A stretch of 64,000 nt of DNA, taken from contig OZ245843.1 in assembly GCA_965228875.1 (NCBI GenBank), forward strand, positions 2,090,616 through 2,154,615, written 5' to 3'. The notes beneath the pieces are model-generated. The model made no database searches. It saw nothing but the letters and a program-made list of their open reading frames with translations, and was not told the origin of the DNA. Below, piece after piece: positions 19,398-28,722 of this stretch (the first letter of the stretch is position 1; the number at the start of each line of letters is the position of its first letter). A program made the position numbers and the translations under genes. This stretch comes from Thalassobaculaceae bacterium. Its GTDB lineage: Bacteria > Pseudomonadota > Alphaproteobacteria > Thalassobaculales > Thalassobaculaceae.

Positions 19398-20815
19398 CCG
19401 AGGCGATCGAGACTCTGAGCATCGCGGAGCTGGGAGCGCGGCTTCGCGACGGCTCGCTGACGTCGACGCGGGTCACGGAGCATTGCCTGGAGCGGATCGC
19501 CGCCCTGGACCCCGCGCTCGACGCCTTCATCACCGTGACCGGCGACCGGGCGATGGCCGATGCCTCCAAGGCCGACGCGGAACTGGCGGACGGCACCGAC
19601 CGTGGGCCGATGCACGGCATCCCGTACGGTCTGAAGGACATCTACGATACCGCCGGGATCCGCACGACCTGCCACTCGAAACTGCGCCAGGACGTGGTGC
19701 CGGCGACCGACAGCGTCTGCGCCGGCAAGCTGGAGGAAGCCGGCGGCGTGCTCCTCGGCAAGCTGTCGACCCATGAGTTCGCCTTCGGCGGCCCCTCTTT
19801 CGACCTGCCCTTCCCGCCGGCGCGCAACCCGTGGAACCGGGATCACGGCCCCGGCGGATCGTCCAGCGGTTCGGGCGCCGCCGTCGCCATGGGCATGATG
19901 CGGACCGCCATGGGATCCGACACCGGCGGCTCGATCCGCGGCCCCGCCGCCTATTGCGGCGTGATCGGCATCAAGCCGACATACGGCCGCGTCAGCCGGC
20001 GGGGCGTGTTCCCCCTCTCCTATACGATGGATCACTGCGGACCGCTGTCGAAGACGGTAGAGGATGCGGCGATCACGCTCCAGGCGACCGCCGGATACGA
20101 TCCGCTCGATCCGGCCAGCGCCGACGTCGCGGTACCGGACTTCAGCGCCGCGCTCGACGCCGGGGTCAAGGGCATGCGGATCGGCCTGCTGCGGTCGTTC
20201 TACGCCGACGCGGAAGGCATGTCACCGGAGTCGGTCGAGGCGATCGACGCGGCGGTGGAGACCCTGCGCAGCCTCGGCGCCGAGGTCGAGGATGTGGAAG
20301 GCGCGTCGCCCTTCACGGCCTACAACTCCTGCGGCCGGGTGATCCTGCTGGCCGAGGCCTACGCCATCCACGAGGAAGACCTGAAGACCCGCCCGCTCGA
20401 CTACGGCCGGCTCACGATGGAACGGATCACCCTCGGCGCCTACATCACCGCCGCCGACCTGACCCAGGCCCAACGGCTGCGCCGCGAGCTGAGCCAGGAG
20501 ATGAACAGCATCTTCCTGAAGCGCTACGACGCCCTCCTCGCCCCGTCCTCGATGTCGCCGGCGCCGCGGATCGACGCGACGCCGCGGGGCTTTCCGCTGG
20601 CCTGGCCGATGCAGACCATGCCGTTCAACGTGACCGGGAACCCGGCCATGTCCATCCCGATCGGCTTCAGCGAGAGCGGACTGCCGCTGTCGATGCAGAT
20701 CGTCGGCCGTTACTTCGACGAGGCGACGGTGTTCCGGGTCGGCCACGCCTACGAGGCCGCCACCGCCTGGCACCGACGCTGGCCGGAACCGACCGCGGCA
20801 GCCGAGACGGTCTGA
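19394..20815 (+). CDS. Amidase-signature family hydrolase (AtzE/GatA-like), copy 2
   Basis: GLKDIY, PGGSSSGSGAAV, GSDTGGSIRGPA; clear paralog of 8721-10142. Confidence 0.92.
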   Translation: MTEAIETLSIAELGARLRDGSLTSTRVTEHCLERIAALDPALDAFITVTGDRAMADASKADAELADGTDRGPMHGIPYGLKDIYDTAGIRTTCHSKLRQDVVPATDSVCAGKLEEAGGVLLGKLSTHEFAFGGPSFDLPFPPARNPWNRDHGPGGSSSGSGAAVAMGMMRTAMGSDTGGSIRGPAAYCGVIGIKPTYGRVSRRGVFPLSYTMDHCGPLSKTVEDAAITLQATAGYDPLDPASADVAVPDFSAALDAGVKGMRIGLLRSFYADAEGMSPESVEAIDAAVETLRSLGAEVEDVEGASPFTAYNSCGRVILLAEAYAIHEEDLKTRPLDYGRLTMERITLGAYITAADLTQAQRLRRELSQEMNSIFLKRYDALLAPSSMSPAPRIDATPRGFPLAWPMQTMPFNVTGNPAMSIPIGFSESGLPLSMQIVGRYFDEATVFRVGHAYEAATAWHRRWPEPTAAAETV

Positions 20816-21145
20816 CTGTCGACGCGACCGACACCCAGGCGGCCCGACCAGCCGGAGCCGGGCCGCCGCACGGACGCCCATCTCAAATCGGGGCGGCCCC
20901 TTCTGATCGCACCGGCCAGAACGGACCGCTCAACACCGCCTCACGAATGGTCACCGGCATCGCCCTGACCCAGCGTCTGTTTGGAAGCCCACGTTGGAAG
21001 CGCATTTTGAGGGTTCACGTCGACCAATCGGGTCGCCCAGAGAGATGCTTACACGTCGATATCGGGTGTATGTGACAGCCATTGACGCCGGCGGGTCACA
21101 GCAGGACCAACGGGCCGCGTCAGTCAATGATTTCAAGCCGGTGGA

Positions 21146-21190
21146 TGGTGGGCGCGGCTGGGATTGAACCAGCGACCCCTACGATGTCAA
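21146..21190 (-). repeat. att site: duplicated 3' 45 nt of tRNA-Val
   Basis: TGGTGGGCGCGGCTGGGATTGAACCAGCGACCCCTACGATGTCAA matches 43195-43239 at 44/45. Confidence 0.95.
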
Positions 21191-21334
21191 TCATAGGGGT
21201 TCACGCTTTTATTATCGCGACAGTCTCTTATATTATCTTTCATTAACAATTACTTAGAAGGGTACAGACTGGCACAGCCGAATCAGTCAATTTTGTCGAC
21301 GGTTCGGTAACCATCTGATATATAACGCATTCGA

Positions 21335-21358
21335 TTATGACACAGTTTGTGTCACAGT
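21335..21358. repeat. Tandem 12-mers, candidate integrase arm-type sites (left)
   Basis: TTATGACACAGT TTGTGTCACAGT; same motif pair at 43104-43127. Confidence 0.7.
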
Positions 21359-21419
21359 TTGCTTCAACGCCTTGCTTTGACGGCCGACCTCGCACTGCAC
21401 AATTTCAATGGGATAGCTC

Positions 21420-22994
21420 ATGCCAGACGAAAGCGTCCTGATCAGAGAGGACGGTCCGAACCGGGTTCGTCTGTACCGTCGGCCCGATACACCGAACTTC
21501 TACTTCGAGGTCTTCATCGAACGGAAACGGGTGAAGCGTGGCTCGACCGGCAGCGACCATGCCCAGTCGGCCCAACGGATTGCCCTCGACGAGTATGAAA
21601 CCCTGCTATCGAAGCACCGCCGAGGCGTTCCACTTCGATCATCCTCCTTGAAGGTGCTCATCACCGAACACCTGGCTGAACGCGACTTGGAGGTCGAACG
21701 AGGTGAGATATCCGCCGCTACGGTCGACCAGGCACGCATCGTGCTGATGCAGTACTTCCTCCCATGGTGCGAGAACGCCGGCATCGACAACCTGATGGAT
21801 ATGTCGGACCAACGCATGCGTGAGTATGTCGGATGGCGTCGCAGCTATCGACCCGATGAAGACACAATCACGTATATGCGAAACGGAAAGCGAGTTACCG
21901 CTAAGCGTCCAGCGAACCATCTCCGCGGGTTAAGCGGGGTGTCACTCGTCAAGCAACTGGACCCGATCCGGCGTTTCTTCCAATGGAGCGTTGATCTTGG
22001 CCACATCGAAGATCGGAGTAGACCGCGGATGCCACGCATCCGAACGAAGGAGGGACGACGTCCCTCCCCATCCGGGGACGACGTTCCAGGCAGATGGTTC
22101 TTTCCTGAGCAGGCGGTTGCTCTCATCCAGACCGCTGTAGCCGAGGCGAGAGTTGCCCATAATAAAGCCATTCACGCTCTGAAGACATACGGCCCAAAGT
22201 ACCGGGAACGCTTTGTCGACGAAAACGGGCACCTGCAAGTTAGCAGAAAGTCTTTCGACGCAGAGATGTTCTTTTATTGGTTAATATTAATGCTCGTTGC
22301 TGGTACAAGGCCCGTAGAGTTAAGAACTCTACGCTGGAAACACCTCGGATACTACCGATACTCAACAGGTCGACTCGGAGTAACACTCACCGTTACAGGA
22401 AAGAAGAAGCGTAGACAAATCCTTCTTGATCGCGACTTTCTCGAAATATTCTATCGGATTGCCGGACTCATAAGCAGCGAAATACCGCAAGACATAGACC
22501 TGTTCGACGATCTCCCAGAAGACCCACAGCTACTGCCGTACGGGCGTTTGCAGACCTACGCAATTCAATTCTATGGCCGAATTAATGACCCTCAACAAAG
22601 GGAGCAGCTCGTATTTCCTGTCGGTGATTTTAGCAGAAGATTCCAAGGTTTGATGAAACGAGCCGGCGTATACGCACCTGGCCACTCGCCGTATTCCCTA
22701 CGTCATACACACATAAACTTCCGCCTGTTGCAAGGCGACCTTCCCCAACAGATATCCATACGCGTTGGCAATAGCGTAAAGATGATCGAGCAATACTATA
22801 ACGCACTTACACCTATTCTATTTGGCGAACGAGAACACAATGCACGGTTTGGAGAAACTCTCCAGAAAGACACAAGGGAATTCGAAGAAATCATCGTCAA
22901 GCAGGCTATGACTGCAATTCAGCAACCAATCCGTACAGTCACGACCATGAGCCAAGACACTCTCATGTCGAACAACGAGGAATGCACGGACTGA
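21420..22994 (+). CDS. Tyrosine recombinase/integrase
   Basis: N-terminal arm-binding-like region (STG...A), AGTRPVELRTL (R), YSLRHT, RVGNSVKMIEQYY (Y); next to the att site. Confidence 0.9.
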   Translation: MPDESVLIREDGPNRVRLYRRPDTPNFYFEVFIERKRVKRGSTGSDHAQSAQRIALDEYETLLSKHRRGVPLRSSSLKVLITEHLAERDLEVERGEISAATVDQARIVLMQYFLPWCENAGIDNLMDMSDQRMREYVGWRRSYRPDEDTITYMRNGKRVTAKRPANHLRGLSGVSLVKQLDPIRRFFQWSVDLGHIEDRSRPRMPRIRTKEGRRPSPSGDDVPGRWFFPEQAVALIQTAVAEARVAHNKAIHALKTYGPKYRERFVDENGHLQVSRKSFDAEMFFYWLILMLVAGTRPVELRTLRWKHLGYYRYSTGRLGVTLTVTGKKKRRQILLDRDFLEIFYRIAGLISSEIPQDIDLFDDLPEDPQLLPYGRLQTYAIQFYGRINDPQQREQLVFPVGDFSRRFQGLMKRAGVYAPGHSPYSLRHTHINFRLLQGDLPQQISIRVGNSVKMIEQYYNALTPILFGEREHNARFGETLQKDTREFEEIIVKQAMTAIQQPIRTVTTMSQDTLMSNNEECTD

Positions 22995-23026
22995 TCCAGA
23001 GAGAGGTTGCTCGGCGAAGCGAGAGG

Positions 23027-23530
23027 ATGATGGCATCAGGAACGGGATCGGACCGCACTAGGAGACGACGCAGAAAATCTAACCTCCCTGAATTTCAGAG
23101 CTATTTGCTTGAGATTGAGCGACTGGATGTCGACTACTCGCTGTCCGCAAACGGCGACAGCAGGTTCTCGCGAAATGGCCTCGTCGAGCATCAGCATTTC
23201 ACCATCCGCAGCCGCTTGCTGAGCCCAAAGCGGTTTGCAGGCAGAGAAGTCGCCGTCACCTCGATCGGTGACCGCGAGCAAGACATCCTGCTGTCGAGGT
23301 TGGAGATCGATGCCCGGTTCGAAGCGGTCGGCGGCCTCACGCTGCGAGGTATCCGGAGCACCTACCTCGGAACGGTGCCGTCGACAGCTCTCTGGGGGCT
23401 CGTTCAAGCCCTGTCGTTCGGCATCGCTCGGTACATTACGCTCTTCGGCTCGCCCCTTCACCGGGGAGCAGCCCGCATCAGTAAGTTCAGCCTCCAGTCG
23501 ACCTACGACCCTGACGACTACCCGTCGTAG
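23027..23530 (+). CDS. Hypothetical protein
   Basis: GAGAGG RBS-like sequence and a protein-like composition; family not recognised. Confidence 0.6.
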   Translation: MMASGTGSDRTRRRRRKSNLPEFQSYLLEIERLDVDYSLSANGDSRFSRNGLVEHQHFTIRSRLLSPKRFAGREVAVTSIGDREQDILLSRLEIDARFEAVGGLTLRGIRSTYLGTVPSTALWGLVQALSFGIARYITLFGSPLHRGAARISKFSLQSTYDPDDYPS

Positions 23531-23720
23531 TGGGCTCCAAGCCAACATCGACCACATCGCCGGAAATCAATTATCCAGCGAACACAATCCCATAAAACGA
23601 TTGCATTATTAGAACTGTGCCTTGCTGACGATATTCGATTCATGAAGAATGCCCGCTCATGATCCAGAATCCTAAGGGTGCCGCTCAGGCACCGCGATGC
23701 GGGGGGCATCGAGCGTCATC

Positions 23721-26700
23721 ATGAGCGAGAACTTCTTCGAGAATCCAATCCTGAACTCCCCCTATGGGTATCCGGGACGGCACTGGGAGCTGGACAACGA
23801 CGGGCAGCCGACGAACGTGATCATGGCCAATCGGCGGGCTTCCGACCTGATCACCCCGGTGCCCAAGCCGAAAAAGCGGAAATCCAAGGCCAAGGACCAG
23901 TCGGAGATGGTCTTTGATGCCGGGGACGGGCTGTCGACCCTGGAGCAGGAATACAACCCGACGCCGATCATCAACGAAATCCGGGGCTACGTCGATCAGT
24001 GGCGGAAGCTGCCGAGCCCGGACCAATGGCAGGTGACCCCGGAGACCGCTCGCTTGTTGCAGCACTGGCGAACCCATGAGTTCCAGGGCATTCGCCCGTT
24101 CTTCTGCCAGGTCGAAGCAGTCGAGACGATCATCTGGCTGACCGAGGTCGCCCCCAAGCTCGGGCAGCGGACCCGCAAATTCAAGGAGCACTTCGAGGGG
24201 GCCAATCGAGAGGCCAATCCCGAGCTGTACCGGCTGGCCATGAAGATGGCCACGGGCTCTGGAAAGACGGCTGTCATGTCTATGTTGATCGCTTGGCAGA
24301 CGGTAAACGCCGTCAGACATCCAGGCTCGAAGACCTTCTCGCGAGGCTTCCTGATCGTCTGCCCGGGGATCACCATTCGGGATCGGCTGCGGGTCCTGCT
24401 GCCGAACGACCCCGATAGCTACTACAAGACCCGCGACATCGTCCCAGCCGACATGGTTGCCGATCTCGACAAGGCGAAGATCGTAATCACCAACTACCAC
24501 GCCTTTAAGCTCCGCGAGCGTCTGGAGGTTTCCCGCGTCGGCCGGTCACTGCTGAAGGGCCGCGGCCCTGACCTCGCCACGACCGAAACCGAGGGAGAGA
24601 TGATCCGCCGGGTCATGCCCGACCTCATGGGCATGAAGGGGATCGTCGTTCTCAACGACGAGGCCCACCACTGCTACCGCGAGCGTCCGGGGAACACGGA
24701 CGAAGCCGACCTCACCGGCGACGACAAAAACGAGGCGAAGAAGAACAACGAGGCGGCCCGTCTCTGGATATCCGGTATCGAGATGGTGAAGCGGAAGCTT
24801 GGCCTCCGTGGCGTTTTCGACCTTTCGGCCACTCCGTTCTTTCTCCGCGGATCGGGCTATGCCGAAGGCACCCTGTTCCCCTGGACGGCGAGCGACTTCT
24901 CGCTGATGGACGCCATCGAGTGCGGGATCGTGAAGCTGCCTCGCGTGCCGGTCGCCGACAACCTGCCGGGCGGCGACATGCCGGTCTATAGGGACCTGTG
25001 GAGCCACATCGGCAAGAAGATGCCGAAAAAGGGTAAGGGCAAGTCCGGCCAGCTCGATCCGCTGAGCCTGCCCCCCGAGCTTCAGACGGCCCTCGAAGCC
25101 CTCTATGGCCACTACGTCAAGGTCTTCGATCTCTGGGCCGAGGAAGGCATCAGCGTCCCGCCTGTGTTCATCGTGGTGTGCAACAACACGGCCACCTCGA
25201 AGCTGGTCTACGACTTCATCTCGGGCTTTGACCGCGTCGAGGACGACGGCGAGACCACCACGCATGTGCCCGGGCGGTTCGCCCTCTTCCGGAACCACGA
25301 CGAGCACGGCAACCGCTCCGGCCGTCCCCGCACCCTGCTGATCGACAGCGAGCAGCTGGAATCGGGCGATGCCCTGGACAAAGATTTCCGCGACGTCGCT
25401 TCCGACGAGATCGACCAGTTCAAGCGTGAGATCATCGAACGCACCGGTGACCGGAAAGCCGCGGAAAACCTGACCGACCAGGACCTTCTCCGCGAGGTGA
25501 TGAACACCGTCGGCAAGAAGGACCGGCTCGGCGAATCGATCCGCTGCGTGGTGTCGGTCTCGATGCTGACCGAGGGCTGGGATACCAACACCGTCACCCA
25601 CATCCTCGGCGTCCGGGCCTTCGGCACTCAGTTGCTGTGCGAACAGGTGGTCGGCCGGGCCCTGCGGCGGCAGTCCTACGACCTGAACGAGACCACCGGC
25701 CACTTCAATGCCGAGTACGCCGACATCCTCGGCATCCCGTTCGATTTCACGGCGAAGCCGGTGGTCGCTCCTCCAGCCAAGCCGCGGGAGACGATCCGCG
25801 TTCAGGCCATGCCGGACCGGGAAGCTCTTGAGATCAGGTTCCCCCGGGTCGAGGGCTACAGGGTCGAACTGCCGGAGGAGCGGCTGGAGGCGAAGTTCAG
25901 CGACGACTCCCGCCTGGTCCTGACACCCGAGATCGTCGGCCCGTCGGAGGTGCGGAACGAGGGAATCATCGGCGAAGGGGTCGACCTCACTCTCGCCCAC
26001 CTCAAGGACATGCGGTCGAGCACACTGATCTACCACCTGACCAAGCACCTGCTGATGCGGAAGTACCGTGATCACGGTGAGCAGCCGAAGCTCCACCTGT
26101 TCGGTCAGTTGAAGCGAATCACCCGGCAGTGGCTCGATGGCGGCTACCTGGTCTGCAAGGGCGGCACCTACCCGAGCCAACTGATCTACCAGGAGCTGGC
26201 CGACATGGCCGCCGAGCGGATCAAGGCCGGGATCACCGAGGCGATCATCGGTGAGAAGCCGGTCAAGGCGATCCTCGATCCCTACAATCCGGTCGGCACC
26301 ACCCGCTTCGTCGCCTTCAACACCAGCAAGACCGACCGCTATCAGACCTCGCACAGGCACTGCCACATCAACTGGGTGATCTGTGACAGCGAATGGGAGG
26401 CTGAGTTCTGCCGCGTCGCCGAAAGGCACCCTCGGGTGCTCGCCTACGTGAAGAACCACAACCTCGGCTTCGATGTCCCCTACCTGATGGGATCGACACC
26501 CCGGAAGTACCGACCCGACTTCATCGTCCGGATCGACGACGGCCAGGCCGACCCGCTCAACCTGGTGGTCGAGATCAAGGGCTATCGCGGCGAGGACGCC
26601 AAGGACAAGGCCAACACCATGCGGACCTACTGGGTCCCGGGCGTCAACAACCTCGGCAGGTTTGGCCGCTGGGAGTTCGCCGAATTCACTGATGTCTACG

Positions 26701-26759
26701 AGATCGAGAAATCGTTCGGTGACCTGATCGCATCGTTCGTGAACAAAGCTGCTGCGTGA
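23721..26759 (+). CDS. Type III restriction endonuclease Res subunit (SF2 helicase + PD-(D/E)XK)
   Basis: KMATGSGKT, NDEAHHCY, LSATP, MLTEGWD, EQVVGRALR, YRPDFIV...VEIKG. Confidence 0.92.
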   Translation: MSENFFENPILNSPYGYPGRHWELDNDGQPTNVIMANRRASDLITPVPKPKKRKSKAKDQSEMVFDAGDGLSTLEQEYNPTPIINEIRGYVDQWRKLPSPDQWQVTPETARLLQHWRTHEFQGIRPFFCQVEAVETIIWLTEVAPKLGQRTRKFKEHFEGANREANPELYRLAMKMATGSGKTAVMSMLIAWQTVNAVRHPGSKTFSRGFLIVCPGITIRDRLRVLLPNDPDSYYKTRDIVPADMVADLDKAKIVITNYHAFKLRERLEVSRVGRSLLKGRGPDLATTETEGEMIRRVMPDLMGMKGIVVLNDEAHHCYRERPGNTDEADLTGDDKNEAKKNNEAARLWISGIEMVKRKLGLRGVFDLSATPFFLRGSGYAEGTLFPWTASDFSLMDAIECGIVKLPRVPVADNLPGGDMPVYRDLWSHIGKKMPKKGKGKSGQLDPLSLPPELQTALEALYGHYVKVFDLWAEEGISVPPVFIVVCNNTATSKLVYDFISGFDRVEDDGETTTHVPGRFALFRNHDEHGNRSGRPRTLLIDSEQLESGDALDKDFRDVASDEIDQFKREIIERTGDRKAAENLTDQDLLREVMNTVGKKDRLGESIRCVVSVSMLTEGWDTNTVTHILGVRAFGTQLLCEQVVGRALRRQSYDLNETTGHFNAEYADILGIPFDFTAKPVVAPPAKPRETIRVQAMPDREALEIRFPRVEGYRVELPEERLEAKFSDDSRLVLTPEIVGPSEVRNEGIIGEGVDLTLAHLKDMRSSTLIYHLTKHLLMRKYRDHGEQPKLHLFGQLKRITRQWLDGGYLVCKGGTYPSQLIYQELADMAAERIKAGITEAIIGEKPVKAILDPYNPVGTTRFVAFNTSKTDRYQTSHRHCHINWVICDSEWEAEFCRVAERHPRVLAYVKNHNLGFDVPYLMGSTPRKYRPDFIVRIDDGQADPLNLVVEIKGYRGEDAKDKANTMRTYWVPGVNNLGRFGRWEFAEFTDVYEIEKSFGDLIASFVNKAAA

Positions 26760-26772
26760 GGGACCGAACACT

Positions 26773-28662
26773 ATGACCGATTTCCGAACCAATCCTGAAC
26801 GCCTGGAAGACCTTCTTCGCGACTGTGCGAAAGGCGAGATCAAGCTCCCTGAGTTCCAGAGGAGCTGGGTCTGGGATGAGGAACGAATCCGCTCACTGAT
26901 CGCCTCCATTTCGCTGTCGTTCCCGGTTGGGGCCTTGATGACGCTTGAAACTGGTGGCCCCGTGGACTTCAAGCACCGCCCTATTCAGGGGGCTCCAGAT
27001 TCGGCCAACGCGGAACGAGCCCGCTATCTGCTGCTGGATGGCCAGCAACGGATGACTTCCCTCTATCAGACGTGCTTGCGGAATCAGGTTGTTGAGACCG
27101 TGACGGCTCGAAACAAGAAGGTGAAACGCTGGTTCTACATCGACATAAAGGCCGCCCTATCTCCGGACATTGACCGTGAGAGTGCGATTGTCGGCGTACC
27201 CGAGGACCGCATCGTCCGCGAGAACTTCGGCAAAGACATAAAATTGGACCTGTCCACTCCCGCTCACGAACACGAGCAGGAGATGTTCCCGGTGAACAAA
27301 CTCTTCGATTGGGACGAATGGCAGGAGGGATACGGGGACTACTGGATCGCTCAGGGTCAGCCGGACAAACGCCAAGTGTTCCGCGACTTCAAGGACCAGG
27401 TCCTTCAGCGGTTCAAGAGCTATCAGGTTCCTGTCATCGAACTCGCCCGCGATACCTCTCGTGAAGCCGTGTGCACCGTGTTTGAGAAGGTCAACACCGG
27501 CGGCAAGTCTCTGGATGCATTCGAACTTGTGACTGCGATGTATGCATCGCACGGCTTCGAGCTTCGCAAGGACTGGATGGGGGAAGGCTCGACCTCGGGT
27601 CGGTATCCTAGGCTTGCCACATTCGGCCGTGCGGCTGACCAGGAACATGGACTTCTGGAAAAGGTCGCGAGCACCGACTTCCTTCAGGCCATCGCCCTGC
27701 GGTTCTCGAAGCTCCGTCGTCAGGAAGCCGCGGCATCAGGACTGGAGGGCCGCGAATTGCCCGCCGTGAGTGCTACCCGGCAGTCCCTCCTCAACCTGCC
27801 TCTTGCCGCCTATCAGGAGCACGCGAACCCAATCGAAGAGGGATTTCGCACAGCGGCGAAATTCATCCGGTTACAACAGGTTCACCGCGTTATCGACCTC
27901 CCCTACCCCTCTCAGCTCGTCCCTCTGGCGGCAATTTTCGCGGAAATTGGCAACGCCTGGGAGAACGGAACTGTCCGCGAGCGACTGGTCCAATGGTTCT
28001 GGTGTGGCGTGTTCGGTGAGCTGTACGGGTCAGCCTCCGAAACCCGGTTTGCCAGAGACATCTCCGAGGTCCCCGCGTGGGTTACCGGCCAGGGAGAAAT
28101 CCCAACAACGATCCACGATTGTCAGTTCCGAACGGACCGACTGCTGCGGATGCGGTCTCGCCTGTCCGCCGCGTATAAGGGCGTGAATGCCCTCCTTATG
28201 AAGACGGGTTCCCGGGACTTCAGATCGGGGCAGCCATTTAACCAGACCGTTTTCTTCGACGAGGCCGTTGATATTCACCACATCTTCCCGCGAGACTGGT
28301 GCAGGAAGCAGGGCATTCCAGAGGCCCAATTCGAATCCATCATCAACAAGACCCCCCTCACCGCACGAACCAACCGCATTCTTGGCGGTGTGGCTCCATC
28401 CACTTACCTGGCACGGTTGGAGAAGGGGGCGGAGGAGTCACCCGCGATAGCGGCCGGTCAGATCGACGAGTGCCTGTCCTCACATCTGATCGACCCTGCT
28501 CATTTGCGGGCCGATGATTTCGACGCCTTCTTCGAGGCACGACGGTCCGCTCTCATCGACCTTATCGAAAAGGCGACAGGAGAGACCGCTTACCAAGGGG
28601 CGGAGACAAACGAACCCGAAATGGACGCGGACGAAGAGGTCGACAACTTGCAGGTCGCTTGA
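26773..28662 (+). CDS. GmrSD-type (DUF262 + HNH/DUF1524-like) modification-dependent restriction protein
   Basis: LPEFQRSWVW, LLDGQQRMTSL, FEKVNTGG; C-terminal DIHHIFP...INKTPLTARTN. Confidence 0.88.
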   Translation: MTDFRTNPERLEDLLRDCAKGEIKLPEFQRSWVWDEERIRSLIASISLSFPVGALMTLETGGPVDFKHRPIQGAPDSANAERARYLLLDGQQRMTSLYQTCLRNQVVETVTARNKKVKRWFYIDIKAALSPDIDRESAIVGVPEDRIVRENFGKDIKLDLSTPAHEHEQEMFPVNKLFDWDEWQEGYGDYWIAQGQPDKRQVFRDFKDQVLQRFKSYQVPVIELARDTSREAVCTVFEKVNTGGKSLDAFELVTAMYASHGFELRKDWMGEGSTSGRYPRLATFGRAADQEHGLLEKVASTDFLQAIALRFSKLRRQEAAASGLEGRELPAVSATRQSLLNLPLAAYQEHANPIEEGFRTAAKFIRLQQVHRVIDLPYPSQLVPLAAIFAEIGNAWENGTVRERLVQWFWCGVFGELYGSASETRFARDISEVPAWVTGQGEIPTTIHDCQFRTDRLLRMRSRLSAAYKGVNALLMKTGSRDFRSGQPFNQTVFFDEAVDIHHIFPRDWCRKQGIPEAQFESIINKTPLTARTNRILGGVAPSTYLARLEKGAEESPAIAAGQIDECLSSHLIDPAHLRADDFDAFFEARRSALIDLIEKATGETAYQGAETNEPEMDADEEVDNLQVA

Positions 28663-28722
28663 CGTTCCCTCTGCTCCCGACAGAAGCCTCAATGGATAAG
28701 AACGAGAGATTGAGACCACTCC

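Noticed and set aside
8721..20815. Amidases as gatA
   Set aside because: No gatB, two copies, and a catabolic context.
21146..21190. Second tRNA gene
   Set aside because: Only the 3' 45 nt are present; the D-arm and 5' acceptor strand are missing, so it is an att remnant.
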